Part shown: positions 37,938 through 46,858 of the stretch, in pieces
Layout: every line of letters begins with the position of its first letter
Position numbering within the stretch: position 1 is the stretch's first letter
The notes under the pieces: generated by a model
Told to the model about the DNA's origin: nothing
Database searches by the model: none
The model's input: only the letters and a program-made list of their open reading frames with translations
Origin: a phage
Reading direction: 5' to 3' (one strand)
DNA length: 64,000 nt
Sequence record: PZ445454.1
Translations under genes and position numbers: made by a program

Positions 37938-38402
37938 ATGAACAATATCATTACGGTAGCACTGGACGTTACGGCAAACAAATCTGAAGTAGTTCGTAAC
38001 ATTATCAAAAGCAACTTTGAGGGTAAAATCTTCCGTGCTGTCAATGTAAAAGCAGACGGTAACATCCGAGAATACCGTGCTCTTCTGAATGTTAAGAAAC
38101 ACGTCAAAGGTGCTGGTTCAACGACTGCACACAAAGAAAACCTGATGACTATCTATGATATGGGTATGGCTTCAGAGTTAGGTGCTGAAGGTATCGTCAA
38201 AGAAGGTGCTCCGTATCGCTCTTTCAATCTGGAAACTGCTCTTATGCTTTCCTTTACAAGTGGTTCTAAAACAACTACTTATCTCTTTACTGATGCTGCA
38301 ACGGTATCTGCTATCAAGGATAACGCTATCAAAGCTGGGGTAGCTGCTGCTGCAAAAGCTTCTTCGATGGCTGCAAATGTCCTTGCTAAAGTCCTCGGTT
38401 AA
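37938..38402 (+). CDS. hypothetical protein
   Basis: 154 aa ORF. Confidence 0.5.
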   Translation: MNNIITVALDVTANKSEVVRNIIKSNFEGKIFRAVNVKADGNIREYRALLNVKKHVKGAGSTTAHKENLMTIYDMGMASELGAEGIVKEGAPYRSFNLETALMLSFTSGSKTTTYLFTDAATVSAIKDNAIKAGVAAAAKASSMAANVLAKVLG

Positions 38403-38413
38403 GGTTAAGATAC

Positions 38414-38436
38414 AGGCTCCTTCGGGAGCCTTTTTC
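38414..38436 (+). terminator. intrinsic terminator
   Basis: GGCTCC-TTCG-GGAGCC followed by TTTTT. Confidence 0.6.
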
Positions 38437-38454
38437 ATTTCAGGAGATTGTTAA

Positions 38455-38802
38455 ATGACATTTAAAGAGTTCTGTCAAGCTACTTTCATAATTGTTTTCT
38501 TAGTTGGGGCAGGTGTCTGGGGAGGATACTCTTACAGAGACTATCAAGTTGCTGAAGCTGAGCTAAATAATGAGAAACTAATAAGTGTGGCTAAAGATGC
38601 TTATCAGGAAGGTTTAGCCACACTCAGCACCAATTACAAAAATGATTTGAAAGATGTGCTTGCTAAGAATAAGCATACAAAAGAGGTACTAACATATGAA
38701 AAAACTAAGCCAGAGTTTTATAATGTTTGTGTTACTGATAATTATGTCAGGGTGTTCAACGAACAAAGTGAACAGTACATTCAAAAACTCCCAAGTAAGT
38801 GA
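38455..38802 (+). CDS. inner-membrane spanin-like protein (Rz-like, candidate)
   Basis: 115 aa; N-terminal TM helix FIIVFLVGAGVWGGY then coiled-coil-like periplasmic region. Confidence 0.45.
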   Translation: MTFKEFCQATFIIVFLVGAGVWGGYSYRDYQVAEAELNNEKLISVAKDAYQEGLATLSTNYKNDLKDVLAKNKHTKEVLTYEKTKPEFYNVCVTDNYVRVFNEQSEQYIQKLPSK

Positions 38803-38965
38803 GAGTGACAAGTACACTCAAGAAGAATCAAGATTCACTGTCAAAGGCAACACTGGTAGTGATGTGGCAGCAGCCCTTGAGTTTTATCGTGATGGTTTTT
38901 ACCAGTGCACAATCAAAGCTAATAACCTTATTGATATGATTTTATTAGGGAACAAACAGCAATGA
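38696..38965 (+). CDS. outer-membrane lipoprotein, spanin-like (Rz1-like, candidate), overlapping the previous gene in another frame
   Basis: 89 aa; signal plus lipobox-like LLIIMSGC; starts inside 38455..38802 and extends past it. Confidence 0.4.
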   Translation: MKKLSQSFIMFVLLIIMSGCSTNKVNSTFKNSQVSESDKYTQEESRFTVKGNTGSDVAAALEFYRDGFYQCTIKANNLIDMILLGNKQQ

Positions 38966-39231
38966 CAGAGAATGAAGACACTTTCTATGTAGAAGGGTAC
39001 TTACTGCTACCACGACCAAAAGAAACTTATATGCGAATTGATTTCTCACCGACCATTATGGATAACGTGATGTGTCATATTTTTATGCAAGGTATCACAG
39101 CACAACTGAAGCATGTTGGTAAAGAGTGCAAAATAAAGGTTGACACTCATCCAGAAATCAAAGAGAATCACTACACATGGTTCTTACCAGACTCTAAAGA
39201 AATCTTAGCAGTTCTTAAAACGAGGAAGTAA
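38962..39231 (+). CDS. hypothetical protein
   Basis: 89 aa ORF. Confidence 0.45.
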   Translation: MTENEDTFYVEGYLLLPRPKETYMRIDFSPTIMDNVMCHIFMQGITAQLKHVGKECKIKVDTHPEIKENHYTWFLPDSKEILAVLKTRK

Positions 39232-39233
39232 CT

Positions 39234-39560
39234 ATGCAGATTAACGGAAGAGACTTTGTAGCCGTTTACTATGAGAAAGGCAAAGAAGTTGGCGTAGCAC
39301 AAGTATCTTATGGCAATGGTAAGTGGTTATATGGAACAATCGCAGTAGTCGGAACAAGAAGTGATACAAAAACTTTTAAAGATTGTGTTGACCTTCTTGA
39401 AGAATCCATCCACAATCATTGGTGTCTGATATGGATGACTGACAACGAAGTGATAGAACGCTTCAAAAAGATTGACATCAACATTGATAGCATTGAGCAT
39501 GTTGATTTGTATGAGCTAACTGAGAAGGTAAACTATGAAAGTAATACTAGCCAGAGATAA
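39234..39560 (+). CDS. hypothetical protein
   Basis: 108 aa ORF. Confidence 0.45.
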   Translation: MQINGRDFVAVYYEKGKEVGVAQVSYGNGKWLYGTIAVVGTRSDTKTFKDCVDLLEESIHNHWCLIWMTDNEVIERFKKIDINIDSIEHVDLYELTEKVNYESNTSQR

Positions 39561-39762
39561 AAAGACACGGAAACTTATCAGGTCAGCAGTGTTCATTGGA
39601 CGAAATGAAGTCATACCATTTACAGCAAATGATGTGATAGCTTACCGGAAGAACTTAGTATTCGCTGACTGTTTACGTGGATTCATCTCTGAACCATTGG
39701 AAGACTTTAAAAGTCGTTGTGGTAAAGGCATCATCATTCAAGAGGCAATTATTCATGGCTGA
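39535..39762 (+). CDS. hypothetical protein
   Basis: 75 aa ORF. Confidence 0.35.
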   Translation: MKVILARDKKTRKLIRSAVFIGRNEVIPFTANDVIAYRKNLVFADCLRGFISEPLEDFKSRCGKGIIIQEAIIHG

Positions 39763-39955
39763 CTTCTGCAAAGATTGTGCTATCGAAATGTTCGGACGTG
39801 ATACAGGTGACTTAAAAGGTCTTATCACTGAAGATGACTTTAAGGCTGGCTATGCAATGCCAGTAATCTGTGAAGGTTGTGGATGTATCTGGGTAGACCA
39901 CGAAGGACAGCGTGTAAAACCTTCAGAAGATAAAGAATCTTGGGAGAGATGCTAA
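39677..39955 (+). CDS. hypothetical protein (Cys-rich)
   Basis: 92 aa; CKDC...CEGCGC. Confidence 0.35.
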   Translation: MDSSLNHWKTLKVVVVKASSFKRQLFMADFCKDCAIEMFGRDTGDLKGLITEDDFKAGYAMPVICEGCGCIWVDHEGQRVKPSEDKESWERC

Positions 39956-40741
39956 ATGGGTATTGTAAAAATCATCAATGGGGATATCTTCTCCGCATTT
40001 GATAAAGGTAAGTTTGATATTATTGGTCACGGTTGCAACTGTATGAACTTAATGGGTGCAGGTATCGCTGACAAGATTTCTAAACTTTACCCAAAAGCAT
40101 ATGAGACAGATACAGAAGTTTATCTGTATGCAGGTGGTATAGGCCACAAACCCTGTGAAAATTTACTAGGCAACTTCTCTGTAGCACGTTTAAAACAAGG
40201 CCGTATAGCTAACCTTTACACTCAGCTTAAGACTGGTAAAGATGCCCGATACAGTGCTTTAGAGTCATCTCTGAAACAGCTTAACAGATACTGTGAAGTT
40301 AATCAGTTGAAGAAAGTTGGTTTACCTATGATTGGTGCAGGTATCGGTGGACTTGACCCTCAAGCCGTCACCGTTATCATTAATCAGGTGATGAAGAGCG
40401 TAGATGTCTATCTATATGTCTACGAAGGAGAGATGTACTACAAGTTACGCTCAGGTTGGAAGAACTACTGTGAACCAGAATACTTTGCAGGTGTAGTAGT
40501 GTTCACTGACAATGCAGTTACCCTCTTCAGACGAAGAAAAGGTAAGATACATCAAAGTAACCCTCCGGTTGAAAAGATGTCTCTAAGTAACGCTCTAGTT
40601 ACCCACCTGTCGAAGAGCAATCACAGAATTGCCGTGACGTTTGGTAGTGATGCCGATACATATATCTATGCAAGAACTGATGAGGATATCGAGACAGTTT
40701 TCTCTTCACCAGAAGTTACCTTCTTAGACGCAAAGAACTAA
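39956..40741 (+). CDS. Macro-domain protein (ADP-ribose binding/processing)
   Basis: 261 aa; N-terminal INGDIFSAFDKGKFDIIGHGCNCMNLMGAGIADKI and later GLPMIGAGIGGLDP match Macro-domain signatures. Confidence 0.6.
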   Translation: MGIVKIINGDIFSAFDKGKFDIIGHGCNCMNLMGAGIADKISKLYPKAYETDTEVYLYAGGIGHKPCENLLGNFSVARLKQGRIANLYTQLKTGKDARYSALESSLKQLNRYCEVNQLKKVGLPMIGAGIGGLDPQAVTVIINQVMKSVDVYLYVYEGEMYYKLRSGWKNYCEPEYFAGVVVFTDNAVTLFRRRKGKIHQSNPPVEKMSLSNALVTHLSKSNHRIAVTFGSDADTYIYARTDEDIETVFSSPEVTFLDAKN

Positions 40742-40807
40742 GAAACTCTGTAGAATATTCACAATAGATTAAGCCTTTCTTATCTGGTAAATTTTTCAGG
40801 TAAGGAG

Positions 40808-41010
40808 GGCTTTTTCATTTTAGAATTGTGCAGGTAGAGTTCTGTAGAGAAATCTGTAGAGAGAATTTTGAACTCCAAAGAGAAAATTCATTTTCAAACT
40901 GTGCAGGTAATCTCCAAAGAGCTTTTTCATTTTCAAAACGTGCAGACCCCGCTCAGGTCGGGCAAGAAAAATCATTTTAGAATTGTGCAGGTAGGTGGGT
41001 GCAGGTGGGG
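40808..41010. repeat. four direct repeats of a ~25 nt motif (consensus about TCATTTTMRAAYKGTGCAGGTA); iteron-like
   Basis: Copies at about 40811-40837, 40883-40910, 40922-40948, 40968-40995 read directly; two overlapping ORF-track ORFs here are probably spurious. Confidence 0.7.
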
Positions 41011-41170
41011 ATGTCGCCATTTCTCACAAGGCTACCACATCTGGAAATAAAAGTCAACAGAAAAATTTGTAGCGGATTGAAAAATAATTCTTGATTGTAG
41101 TTCTGTTTTGTGGTATTCGCGCGCACCCGTTTCATTACAATTTTTGCAAAAAATATTTTTAAAATTCCTA

Positions 41171-41199
41171 TTGACTCTTTGAGTATGGTTATCTAATAT
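41171..41199 (+). promoter_or_regulatory. sigma70-like promoter for the first cassette gene
   Basis: TTGACT-N17-TAATAT upstream of 41250. Confidence 0.5.
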
Positions 41200-41249
41200 T
41201 TGCATCAGACGGGCAAGCAAGCCCACTTCCTAAACTGGAGAATCTAAAA

Positions 41250-41456
41250 ATGCTGTACAGTCGCGAATTGATGGTTACAACTAACATTAACACAAAGGCA
41301 AAACGTTTTTACATACAAATCTGTGGCGTATGGTCCAGAATATCAGAAGCTGACTATTGCAACTATGTAGAAACGGCTATAAACTCTAATTGCTACCTTA
41401 CAAGAAATACAAGAAAGTACATAAGACAGACAGCAATTTACTACTACGATAAATAA
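41250..41456 (+). CDS. small hypothetical protein (cassette gene 1)
   Basis: 68 aa; preceded by conserved leader CTAAACTGGAGAATCTAAAA-ATG. Confidence 0.55.
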   Translation: MLYSRELMVTTNINTKAKRFYIQICGVWSRISEADYCNYVETAINSNCYLTRNTRKYIRQTAIYYYDK

Positions 41457-41543
41457 AGTACTTTACAAGGGGCTTATAGTTCGATAAAGTAAGCCCCAGA
41501 TAAAGAGCTTTGCTAACTAACCTTAAACTAGGAGAATCTGAAA
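41456..41543 (+). repeat. conserved intergenic regulatory cassette, type A
   Basis: TTTACA-like box, hairpin GGGGCTTATAGTTCGATAAAGTAAGCCCC, leader CTAAACTAGGAGAATCTGAAA-ATG. Confidence 0.7.
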
Positions 41544-41924
41544 ATGGCATATCGTGCACCTAAATTCATCAACAAAGACAACTTTCGCAACGCACTGGAG
41601 AAGTCACTTGATGAAAAATTTAACGGTAAATTGATTATTGTTCACGCATTCAATTTTAAGTATGATATTAATGGGAATAAAATCAACCATTACACGGCAA
41701 CCATGATAGATGGTACACTTTCAAGTGAAAAAGCCGTACTGAATGCACTTGCTGGACGCGGTAAAAACCTGATAAAATGTGATAAGCGACGTTATCAGGG
41801 TGGCGCATATGGTTACGATGATGCTGTTTACCATCTTGAAAACATGGGCTATCAAGTAGAAAAAGCTGGAGTATCACAAATTATCGGGAGTGATGGTTAT
41901 GTGACAATTTTCAAAATTAACTAA
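41544..41924 (+). CDS. hypothetical protein (cassette gene 2)
   Basis: 126 aa; conserved leader directly upstream. Confidence 0.6.
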   Translation: MAYRAPKFINKDNFRNALEKSLDEKFNGKLIIVHAFNFKYDINGNKINHYTATMIDGTLSSEKAVLNALAGRGKNLIKCDKRRYQGGAYGYDDAVYHLENMGYQVEKAGVSQIIGSDGYVTIFKIN

Positions 41925-42014
41925 TAAAGTACTTTACAGGGGGCTTATAGTTCGATAAAGTAAGCCCCAGATAAAGAGCTTTACCACTAAATCCTAAATT
42001 GGAGAATCTGAAAA
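41925..42014 (+). repeat. conserved intergenic regulatory cassette, type A
   Basis: Near-identical to 41456-41543. Confidence 0.7.
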
Positions 42015-42272
42015 ATGGCTATTATTAAAAACGTTGTAATTTCTGCAAAAACTCGTGATGACGCTCGCGTTATGGCTAAAAAGTTATGTGGGAAAGTGGT
42101 TGACAACGGGAAACAATCTGCTGTAAGATGGGGTGTAAAGGTTGATAAACATTTAACCTTAAAACGTAGTTCAAACAACCTTTTTAAAGGTGTAAAATCA
42201 CTCGGTAAAGTGAACGTTTTTACCAAAAAAGGTTATAAAATGCACTTATCATTAACTGGCAATTTAATCTGA
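42015..42272 (+). CDS. small hypothetical protein (cassette gene 3)
   Basis: 85 aa; starts MAII, conserved leader. Confidence 0.55.
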   Translation: MAIIKNVVISAKTRDDARVMAKKLCGKVVDNGKQSAVRWGVKVDKHLTLKRSSNNLFKGVKSLGKVNVFTKKGYKMHLSLTGNLI

Positions 42273-42360
42273 TAAAGTACTTTACAAGGGGCTTAAAAGT
42301 TGATATCTTAAGCCCCAGATAAAGAGCTTTACCACTAAATCCTAAACTGGAGAATCTAAA
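42273..42360 (+). repeat. conserved intergenic regulatory cassette, type A variant
   Basis: GGGGCTTAAAAGTTGATATCTTAAGCCCC hairpin plus conserved leader. Confidence 0.7.
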
Positions 42361-42873
42361 ATGAAAACTGTAGACGCTACCTTTGAAGTTGTAAAAGAAA
42401 AATTCACCATTATTTATGAAGCTGTCAATTGCTTTGAAGCAAGCCATAATCTTGATAATTGGAAGTTTACAGATGACCATCAAGGCGGTGTGACGATTAA
42501 AAATCCTAACTGTCAGCGTAATGAATTTAAATATGCAATCCCTTTGCATTACAGCCTTAAGCAGCTTTCAAGTGACTATGCAAAACAAGGCCGTGAGAAT
42601 CCATCGAAAGAGGCTTACACGAGCTTACAGAAAGAACTAGAAAGAGATTTAGAGGCTTCAGAGTACAACCTTGCCGCGAAAGTTGTGGATGCAAACGGTA
42701 ACACGGTTTTAGAAAGTTTTTATCTTGGTTATGCTTTCGATTGGTGCTATCGTGACGGCGATGATTTAGAGGGTAGACTAAAAGAAGAGGTGAACAATTC
42801 AGACGCAGAAACTGAAGTATTAGAACGTTTGGAATCGTTGAAAGACTCAGTGATGAATATCTTTAAGAACTAA
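42361..42873 (+). CDS. hypothetical acidic protein (cassette gene 4)
   Basis: 170 aa. Confidence 0.6.
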   Translation: MKTVDATFEVVKEKFTIIYEAVNCFEASHNLDNWKFTDDHQGGVTIKNPNCQRNEFKYAIPLHYSLKQLSSDYAKQGRENPSKEAYTSLQKELERDLEASEYNLAAKVVDANGNTVLESFYLGYAFDWCYRDGDDLEGRLKEEVNNSDAETEVLERLESLKDSVMNIFKN

Positions 42874-42965
42874 ATAGATTTCTTTACACGGGGCTAACAA
42901 GCTGATATGGTAGCCCCAGATAAAGAGATTTATCAAATAAAGCCCTTAAACTAGGAGATTCTAAA
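42874..42965 (+). repeat. conserved intergenic regulatory cassette, type A variant
   Basis: GGGGCTAACAAGCTGATATGGTAGCCCC hairpin plus conserved leader. Confidence 0.65.
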
Positions 42966-43262
42966 ATGAAATTATCGAATAAAGTTCGTGAAAATCTAAG
43001 CAAGTTACTCAACAAAATTGATTTTATCGAGACATCAAGAAATAATCATGATGTTATGGAATGGTTGCACGGCAAAATAAAAGGCCGTCGCGTAGTGATT
43101 TGCTTATGGAATAGTTGCAGGGAATATAAAAAACCTGTATTGCAAGTAAATATCTATGATGATACTTTTAAAAGTCCAGTAAAATCTAAAAGTGACTTAC
43201 TAGATTCTTATGAGATAACTGTAAATGGCAAAGTATCACGTAAAGAGGAAACACCATGTTAA
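42966..43262 (+). CDS. hypothetical protein (cassette gene 5)
   Basis: 98 aa. Confidence 0.55.
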   Translation: MKLSNKVRENLSKLLNKIDFIETSRNNHDVMEWLHGKIKGRRVVICLWNSCREYKKPVLQVNIYDDTFKSPVKSKSDLLDSYEITVNGKVSRKEETPC

Positions 43263-43588
43263 TGACTGGTATCACTGCAATCATTGCCATTTTCGCGCTA
43301 TATAAGGCATATAAAGCCTATAATCTAGCAAATAAGGCAATCACACAGCAGGTTAGCAATAACCTTGTAGAAAGCTTTCTAGGGCGCCTCAGTGATGAGC
43401 AAATAAAGCGGCTAGAGATGAGCTTCAGATATAAAGCGAAAACCTATCAGATAAGTGACATCTTCAAAGATGATTTTCAGTTAGTCGATGATTATAATTC
43501 ACTGATAAATGCTTTAAATATCAGTGATTTGAAAGACTATTACGCTGTAATTGTTCAAGAATTGAGCAAACGAAAACAAAATGTTTGA
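43256..43588 (+). CDS. hypothetical protein with N-terminal TM helix
   Basis: 110 aa; translationally coupled to the previous gene (no cassette upstream). Confidence 0.5.
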   Translation: MLMTGITAIIAIFALYKAYKAYNLANKAITQQVSNNLVESFLGRLSDEQIKRLEMSFRYKAKTYQISDIFKDDFQLVDDYNSLINALNISDLKDYYAVIVQELSKRKQNV

Positions 43589-43677
43589 CACTGGTTTTCA
43601 GATAGATTAAATTACACATCAACGGGGTGGGAATGACCTTCCCCACTAAGTAAAGTCCTAAACTGGAGATTCTGAAA
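43585..43677 (+). repeat. conserved intergenic regulatory cassette, type B (includes promoter TTGACA-N17-TAAATT)
   Basis: TTGACACTGGTTTTCAGATAGATTAAATT, hairpin GGGAATGACCTTCCC, leader CTAAACTGGAGATTCTGAAA-ATG. Confidence 0.7.
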
Positions 43678-43950
43678 ATGTATACTACTAACAACGGTCG
43701 TACTTTAAACGTAACCATACGCCACTACATCAACGGGGTGATGCACTTTGAAGACTTACAAGCTGAGCAACATATCTTAGATTGGCAAGTTGCAGGACTC
43801 CAAAAAACTGCTACAGGATACGGGAAAAAGATTCCAACCAGTTGGAAAGTATACTACGAAGGCCGTTTGCGCAGAATTTATCAAGATGTATATAGCAATA
43901 GCGCAACAAGTTACATCATGGTAAAAGGTAAAAAGCTGCATTTAGTGTAA
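43678..43950 (+). CDS. small hypothetical protein (cassette gene 6)
   Basis: 90 aa. Confidence 0.55.
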   Translation: MYTTNNGRTLNVTIRHYINGVMHFEDLQAEQHILDWQVAGLQKTATGYGKKIPTSWKVYYEGRLRRIYQDVYSNSATSYIMVKGKKLHLV

Positions 43951-44035
43951 AGTACTTTACAAGGGGCTTATAGTTCGATAAAGTAAGCCCCAGATAAAGA
44001 GCTTTACCACTAAATCCTAAATTGGAGATTCAAAA
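43951..44035 (+). repeat. conserved intergenic regulatory cassette, type A
   Basis: Near-identical to 41925-42014. Confidence 0.7.
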
Positions 44036-44440
44036 ATGGCTATTAATAACCGTGAATTATCAATCTTAAAAGCACGTTTGACCGTTAACCGGATTAATGT
44101 TATTACATCATCAGCACCGGACGAAACATTGCACAACATTATTGGGAAGATTCAAAGTGTTATCTTAGACGTTGAAAACGTAAAAAACTCATTGGCTGAC
44201 GTTGCAGCAGGTATCACGCTAGACGGTGCACAATATGAAATGACCGACATGTTAGGCAAATCTAAGGTAATGAATAAAGAGCTTGATTTGAAAATGTTTC
44301 GGTTTGCTGTTAAAGTGTGGCTATCTGTCGAATATGACGCTAACTTTGCAATCGCTGACTTTTTCGCCACTTGGTTACAACGTAATTTGACAAATCATGA
44401 TTTTCGTGGTATCTGCGATGCAATTTATGCAGAACTCTAA
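44036..44440 (+). CDS. hypothetical protein (cassette gene 7)
   Basis: 134 aa; starts MAIN. Confidence 0.6.
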   Translation: MAINNRELSILKARLTVNRINVITSSAPDETLHNIIGKIQSVILDVENVKNSLADVAAGITLDGAQYEMTDMLGKSKVMNKELDLKMFRFAVKVWLSVEYDANFAIADFFATWLQRNLTNHDFRGICDAIYAEL

Positions 44441-44540
44441 AAATTTTGTTGACACTGGTTTTCAGATAGATTAAATTACACATCAACGGGGCGGGAATGA
44501 CCTTCCCCACTAAATAAAGTCCTAAACTGGAGATTCAAAA
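44441..44540 (+). repeat. conserved intergenic regulatory cassette, type B (promoter TTGACA-N17-TAAATT)
   Basis: Near-identical to 43585-43677. Confidence 0.7.
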
Positions 44541-44738
44541 ATGGCTATTATTAATGGTTTAACCATTGAAACTACACACATCAAAGACATTAAAGTTGGT
44601 GATGTAGTTCTTTTTCACGGCGTAGAAAAAACCGTCACGGCGAAAGATATTACAGAGGACTCCTTCATGGGCCGGTCACTCTTCGGTGATTCTTATTGCT
44701 TAGGTTATCGCGCAGTTTTAAAAGTTATCAAAAAATAA
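44541..44738 (+). CDS. small hypothetical protein (cassette gene 8)
   Basis: 65 aa; starts MAII. Confidence 0.5.
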   Translation: MAIINGLTIETTHIKDIKVGDVVLFHGVEKTVTAKDITEDSFMGRSLFGDSYCLGYRAVLKVIKK

Positions 44739-44830
44739 CCGATAAAGTACTCTACAAGGGGCTTAAAAGTTGATATCTTAAGCCCCAGATAAAGAGCTTT
44801 ACCACTAAATCCTAAACTGGAGATTCAAAA
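44739..44830 (+). repeat. conserved intergenic regulatory cassette, type A variant
   Basis: Near-identical to 42273-42360. Confidence 0.7.
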
Positions 44831-45373
44831 ATGAAATGCTTTCACGGTACTACTCAAGAAAACTTCCTCAATCTGATTAATAACGGTGACAAGCCATCAG
44901 GTGCATGGAATTGTTCGGATATGGACGGCAATTTTTACGTGTACCCAGAAAATAAAATCTATGGCGACGATGAGGAAGAGATAATCTCTGAAGGCATCCA
45001 GCAAGCGTTAGGTAATGCCACTATTACGGCTGCTTTCCAGATGAAAACCCAAAATATTGTTATCTTAGAACTTGATATCCCAGAGGATGACCTAAATGAT
45101 GATTATTCTTGTGATAATATGTCTGGCGTAGCAAGTTTTACAGAATACTTCGATTTAAATTGGATTAAAAAGGTTTACGTAACCGAGTTTAATGCGATGT
45201 TTTCGCCTTTTTGTCTTCCTTCATTGGATAACCCAAATTTAAACTATCTTGAGGAGTCTCTGGAGCTTCTTGCTAAAAGTGTTCAACAGTCGGACAGTAT
45301 TCAGGTTTTTTGTGACATCATGGATACACTGACAGGAAACATCACAGAAGAGGATTTAAAGAGCTTTTTCTGA
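44831..45373 (+). CDS. hypothetical strongly acidic protein (cassette gene 9)
   Basis: 180 aa, Asp/Glu-rich. Confidence 0.6.
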   Translation: MKCFHGTTQENFLNLINNGDKPSGAWNCSDMDGNFYVYPENKIYGDDEEEIISEGIQQALGNATITAAFQMKTQNIVILELDIPEDDLNDDYSCDNMSGVASFTEYFDLNWIKKVYVTEFNAMFSPFCLPSLDNPNLNYLEESLELLAKSVQQSDSIQVFCDIMDTLTGNITEEDLKSFF

Positions 45374-45414
45374 AAACCTATACAATCACCTTATAAACAC
45401 TGATTAGCCCCTCA

Positions 45415-45437
45415 CAGGGGCTTTTAAGAGGCTTAAA
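45415..45437 (+). terminator. hairpin plus T-run
   Basis: AGCCCC-TCACA-GGGGCT followed by TTTT. Confidence 0.45.
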
Positions 45438-45439
45438 TC

Positions 45440-45673
45440 ATGCTTACAACCGTTTATCTTATCCTTTCTATTTGTAACGGTCATTCATGCGATTTTAAAG
45501 GGCTTGAAGAGTTTACAGGAAGTAAAGAAAATGCTATTCAAGTTTGCCAGATAGCAAGGCAAGACTACCCCGCCAGTGATGATATACAATGTTACTTTAA
45601 GACAGAAGATGATGATGGAATCTATTTCGACAGCGTTGACGGTCAATATGAAATTATCATTGAAAAAGACTAG
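45440..45673 (+). CDS. small hypothetical protein
   Basis: 77 aa; hydrophobic N-terminus; no conserved cassette leader. Confidence 0.45.
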   Translation: MLTTVYLILSICNGHSCDFKGLEEFTGSKENAIQVCQIARQDYPASDDIQCYFKTEDDDGIYFDSVDGQYEIIIEKD

Positions 45674-45762
45674 ACAAGCCTGATAAAAGTCTGTAAATTG
45701 TCAATCAACGGGGCGGGAATGACCTTCCCCACTAAATAAAGTCCTAAACTGGAGATTCAAAA
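45674..45762 (+). repeat. conserved intergenic regulatory cassette, type B
   Basis: CAACGGGGCGGGAATGACCTTCCCCACTAAATAAAGTCCTAAACTGGAGATTCAAAA-ATG. Confidence 0.7.
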
Positions 45763-46104
45763 ATGGCTTATGTAACCGTAATTACCGATAAAGCTGGCTC
45801 ATCTTGGTCAACTCAAGTAAGCGATAATCTATCACCTATGCAGTGCCTAAAATACTTTGAGCAATGGAATAAAGGTGAGGATACAAGCCCCTTTCAAGTG
45901 ATGCAGATTATACATGTAGACAATGAAGGGAAGAAAACGACTTTAAACAGCGAGTTCTACGCAACCCGATTTGAAACGAGATGTAAAACGATGAAGTTAT
46001 TACGTGAATCCGGTTATGCCCATATCGCCGCGTTAATCTGGGATGACCTGCTAAAAAACCAACGTATGAACTATGTAAAACCTGAAAAAATATTCATCAG
46101 TTAA
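45763..46104 (+). CDS. hypothetical protein (cassette gene 10)
   Basis: 113 aa. Confidence 0.55.
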   Translation: MAYVTVITDKAGSSWSTQVSDNLSPMQCLKYFEQWNKGEDTSPFQVMQIIHVDNEGKKTTLNSEFYATRFETRCKTMKLLRESGYAHIAALIWDDLLKNQRMNYVKPEKIFIS

Positions 46105-46239
46105 TCAATAACTTACAAAAAACTTTTAAAAAAGTGTTGACAATACCCCTTGACATTGGTAACTTTGTTCGAGGGGGTTTATCTAAAAGGGATTAACTTA
46201 AAAGATTCTTTATAGATAAACTTAAAAAATTGCTTGCAA

Positions 46240-46327
46240 TCAGATATCAAAACAAGTAAATTACTAATCAACGGTGAGGGAATGAACTTCCTCACTAAAT
46301 AAAGTCCTTAAACTAGGAGATTCAAAA
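46240..46327 (+). repeat. conserved intergenic regulatory cassette, type B variant
   Basis: CAACGGTGAGGGAATGAACTTCCTCACTAAATAAAGTCCTTAAACTAGGAGATTCAAAA-ATG. Confidence 0.65.
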
Positions 46328-46858
46328 ATGAACAAGTTCAAAGCTATCAACTACATCCGTTCAAGTAGTGTCATGTCAAAGCCTGTTAAAGATACCTATG
46401 AATTTCGTTGCAATGGTGTACACTTTGCAACCATTACCAAATCAGAAAACGGGGCTTATTACGTTCATCGTCGTAATGTTGCAACAGTTGTAGTCTCTCA
46501 CTTTATGCAAGCTGTAGCAGAATTATTACCGTTATTCTTAGGGATTTACTTGGATGAGTGTAAAAACGTTCACAACCACGTTAAAAGCCTTTTAAACAGT
46601 TATAAAATGGCTTATGAACGTTCTATCAAGTCCTTAAACAAGTTCTATAAAGCCCCTGTAAATACTGTTTCAATGGCCTACGCTGCAAATGGTGAAAGAG
46701 TAAACCTATCCGATGTGGAAGATATCGAGCTTTACAACCATCGGCCTAACGGTTACTCTCAGACTCTAGGTGAAGGTTTAACTTTCAATATCAAGAACTT
46801 AGAAAAAACTTTAAAAGATATTGAAAAAGATATTGACGAGACAATCAAAAATCTGTAA
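46328..46858 (+). CDS. hypothetical protein (cassette gene 11)
   Basis: 176 aa. Confidence 0.6.
   Translation: MNKFKAINYIRSSSVMSKPVKDTYEFRCNGVHFATITKSENGAYYVHRRNVATVVVSHFMQAVAELLPLFLGIYLDECKNVHNHVKSLLNSYKMAYERSIKSLNKFYKAPVNTVSMAYAANGERVNLSDVEDIELYNHRPNGYSQTLGEGLTFNIKNLEKTLKDIEKDIDETIKNL

Noticed and set aside
40820-41050. Two overlapping 60-66 aa ORFs on opposite strands in the 40.8-41.0 kb region
   Set aside because: They are made of the direct-repeat motif itself (repetitive translations); more likely non-coding iterons
44831-45373. Acidic 180 aa cassette protein as a DNA-mimic anti-restriction protein
   Set aside because: Based on charge composition alone; no structural or motif evidence, so not called as a feature
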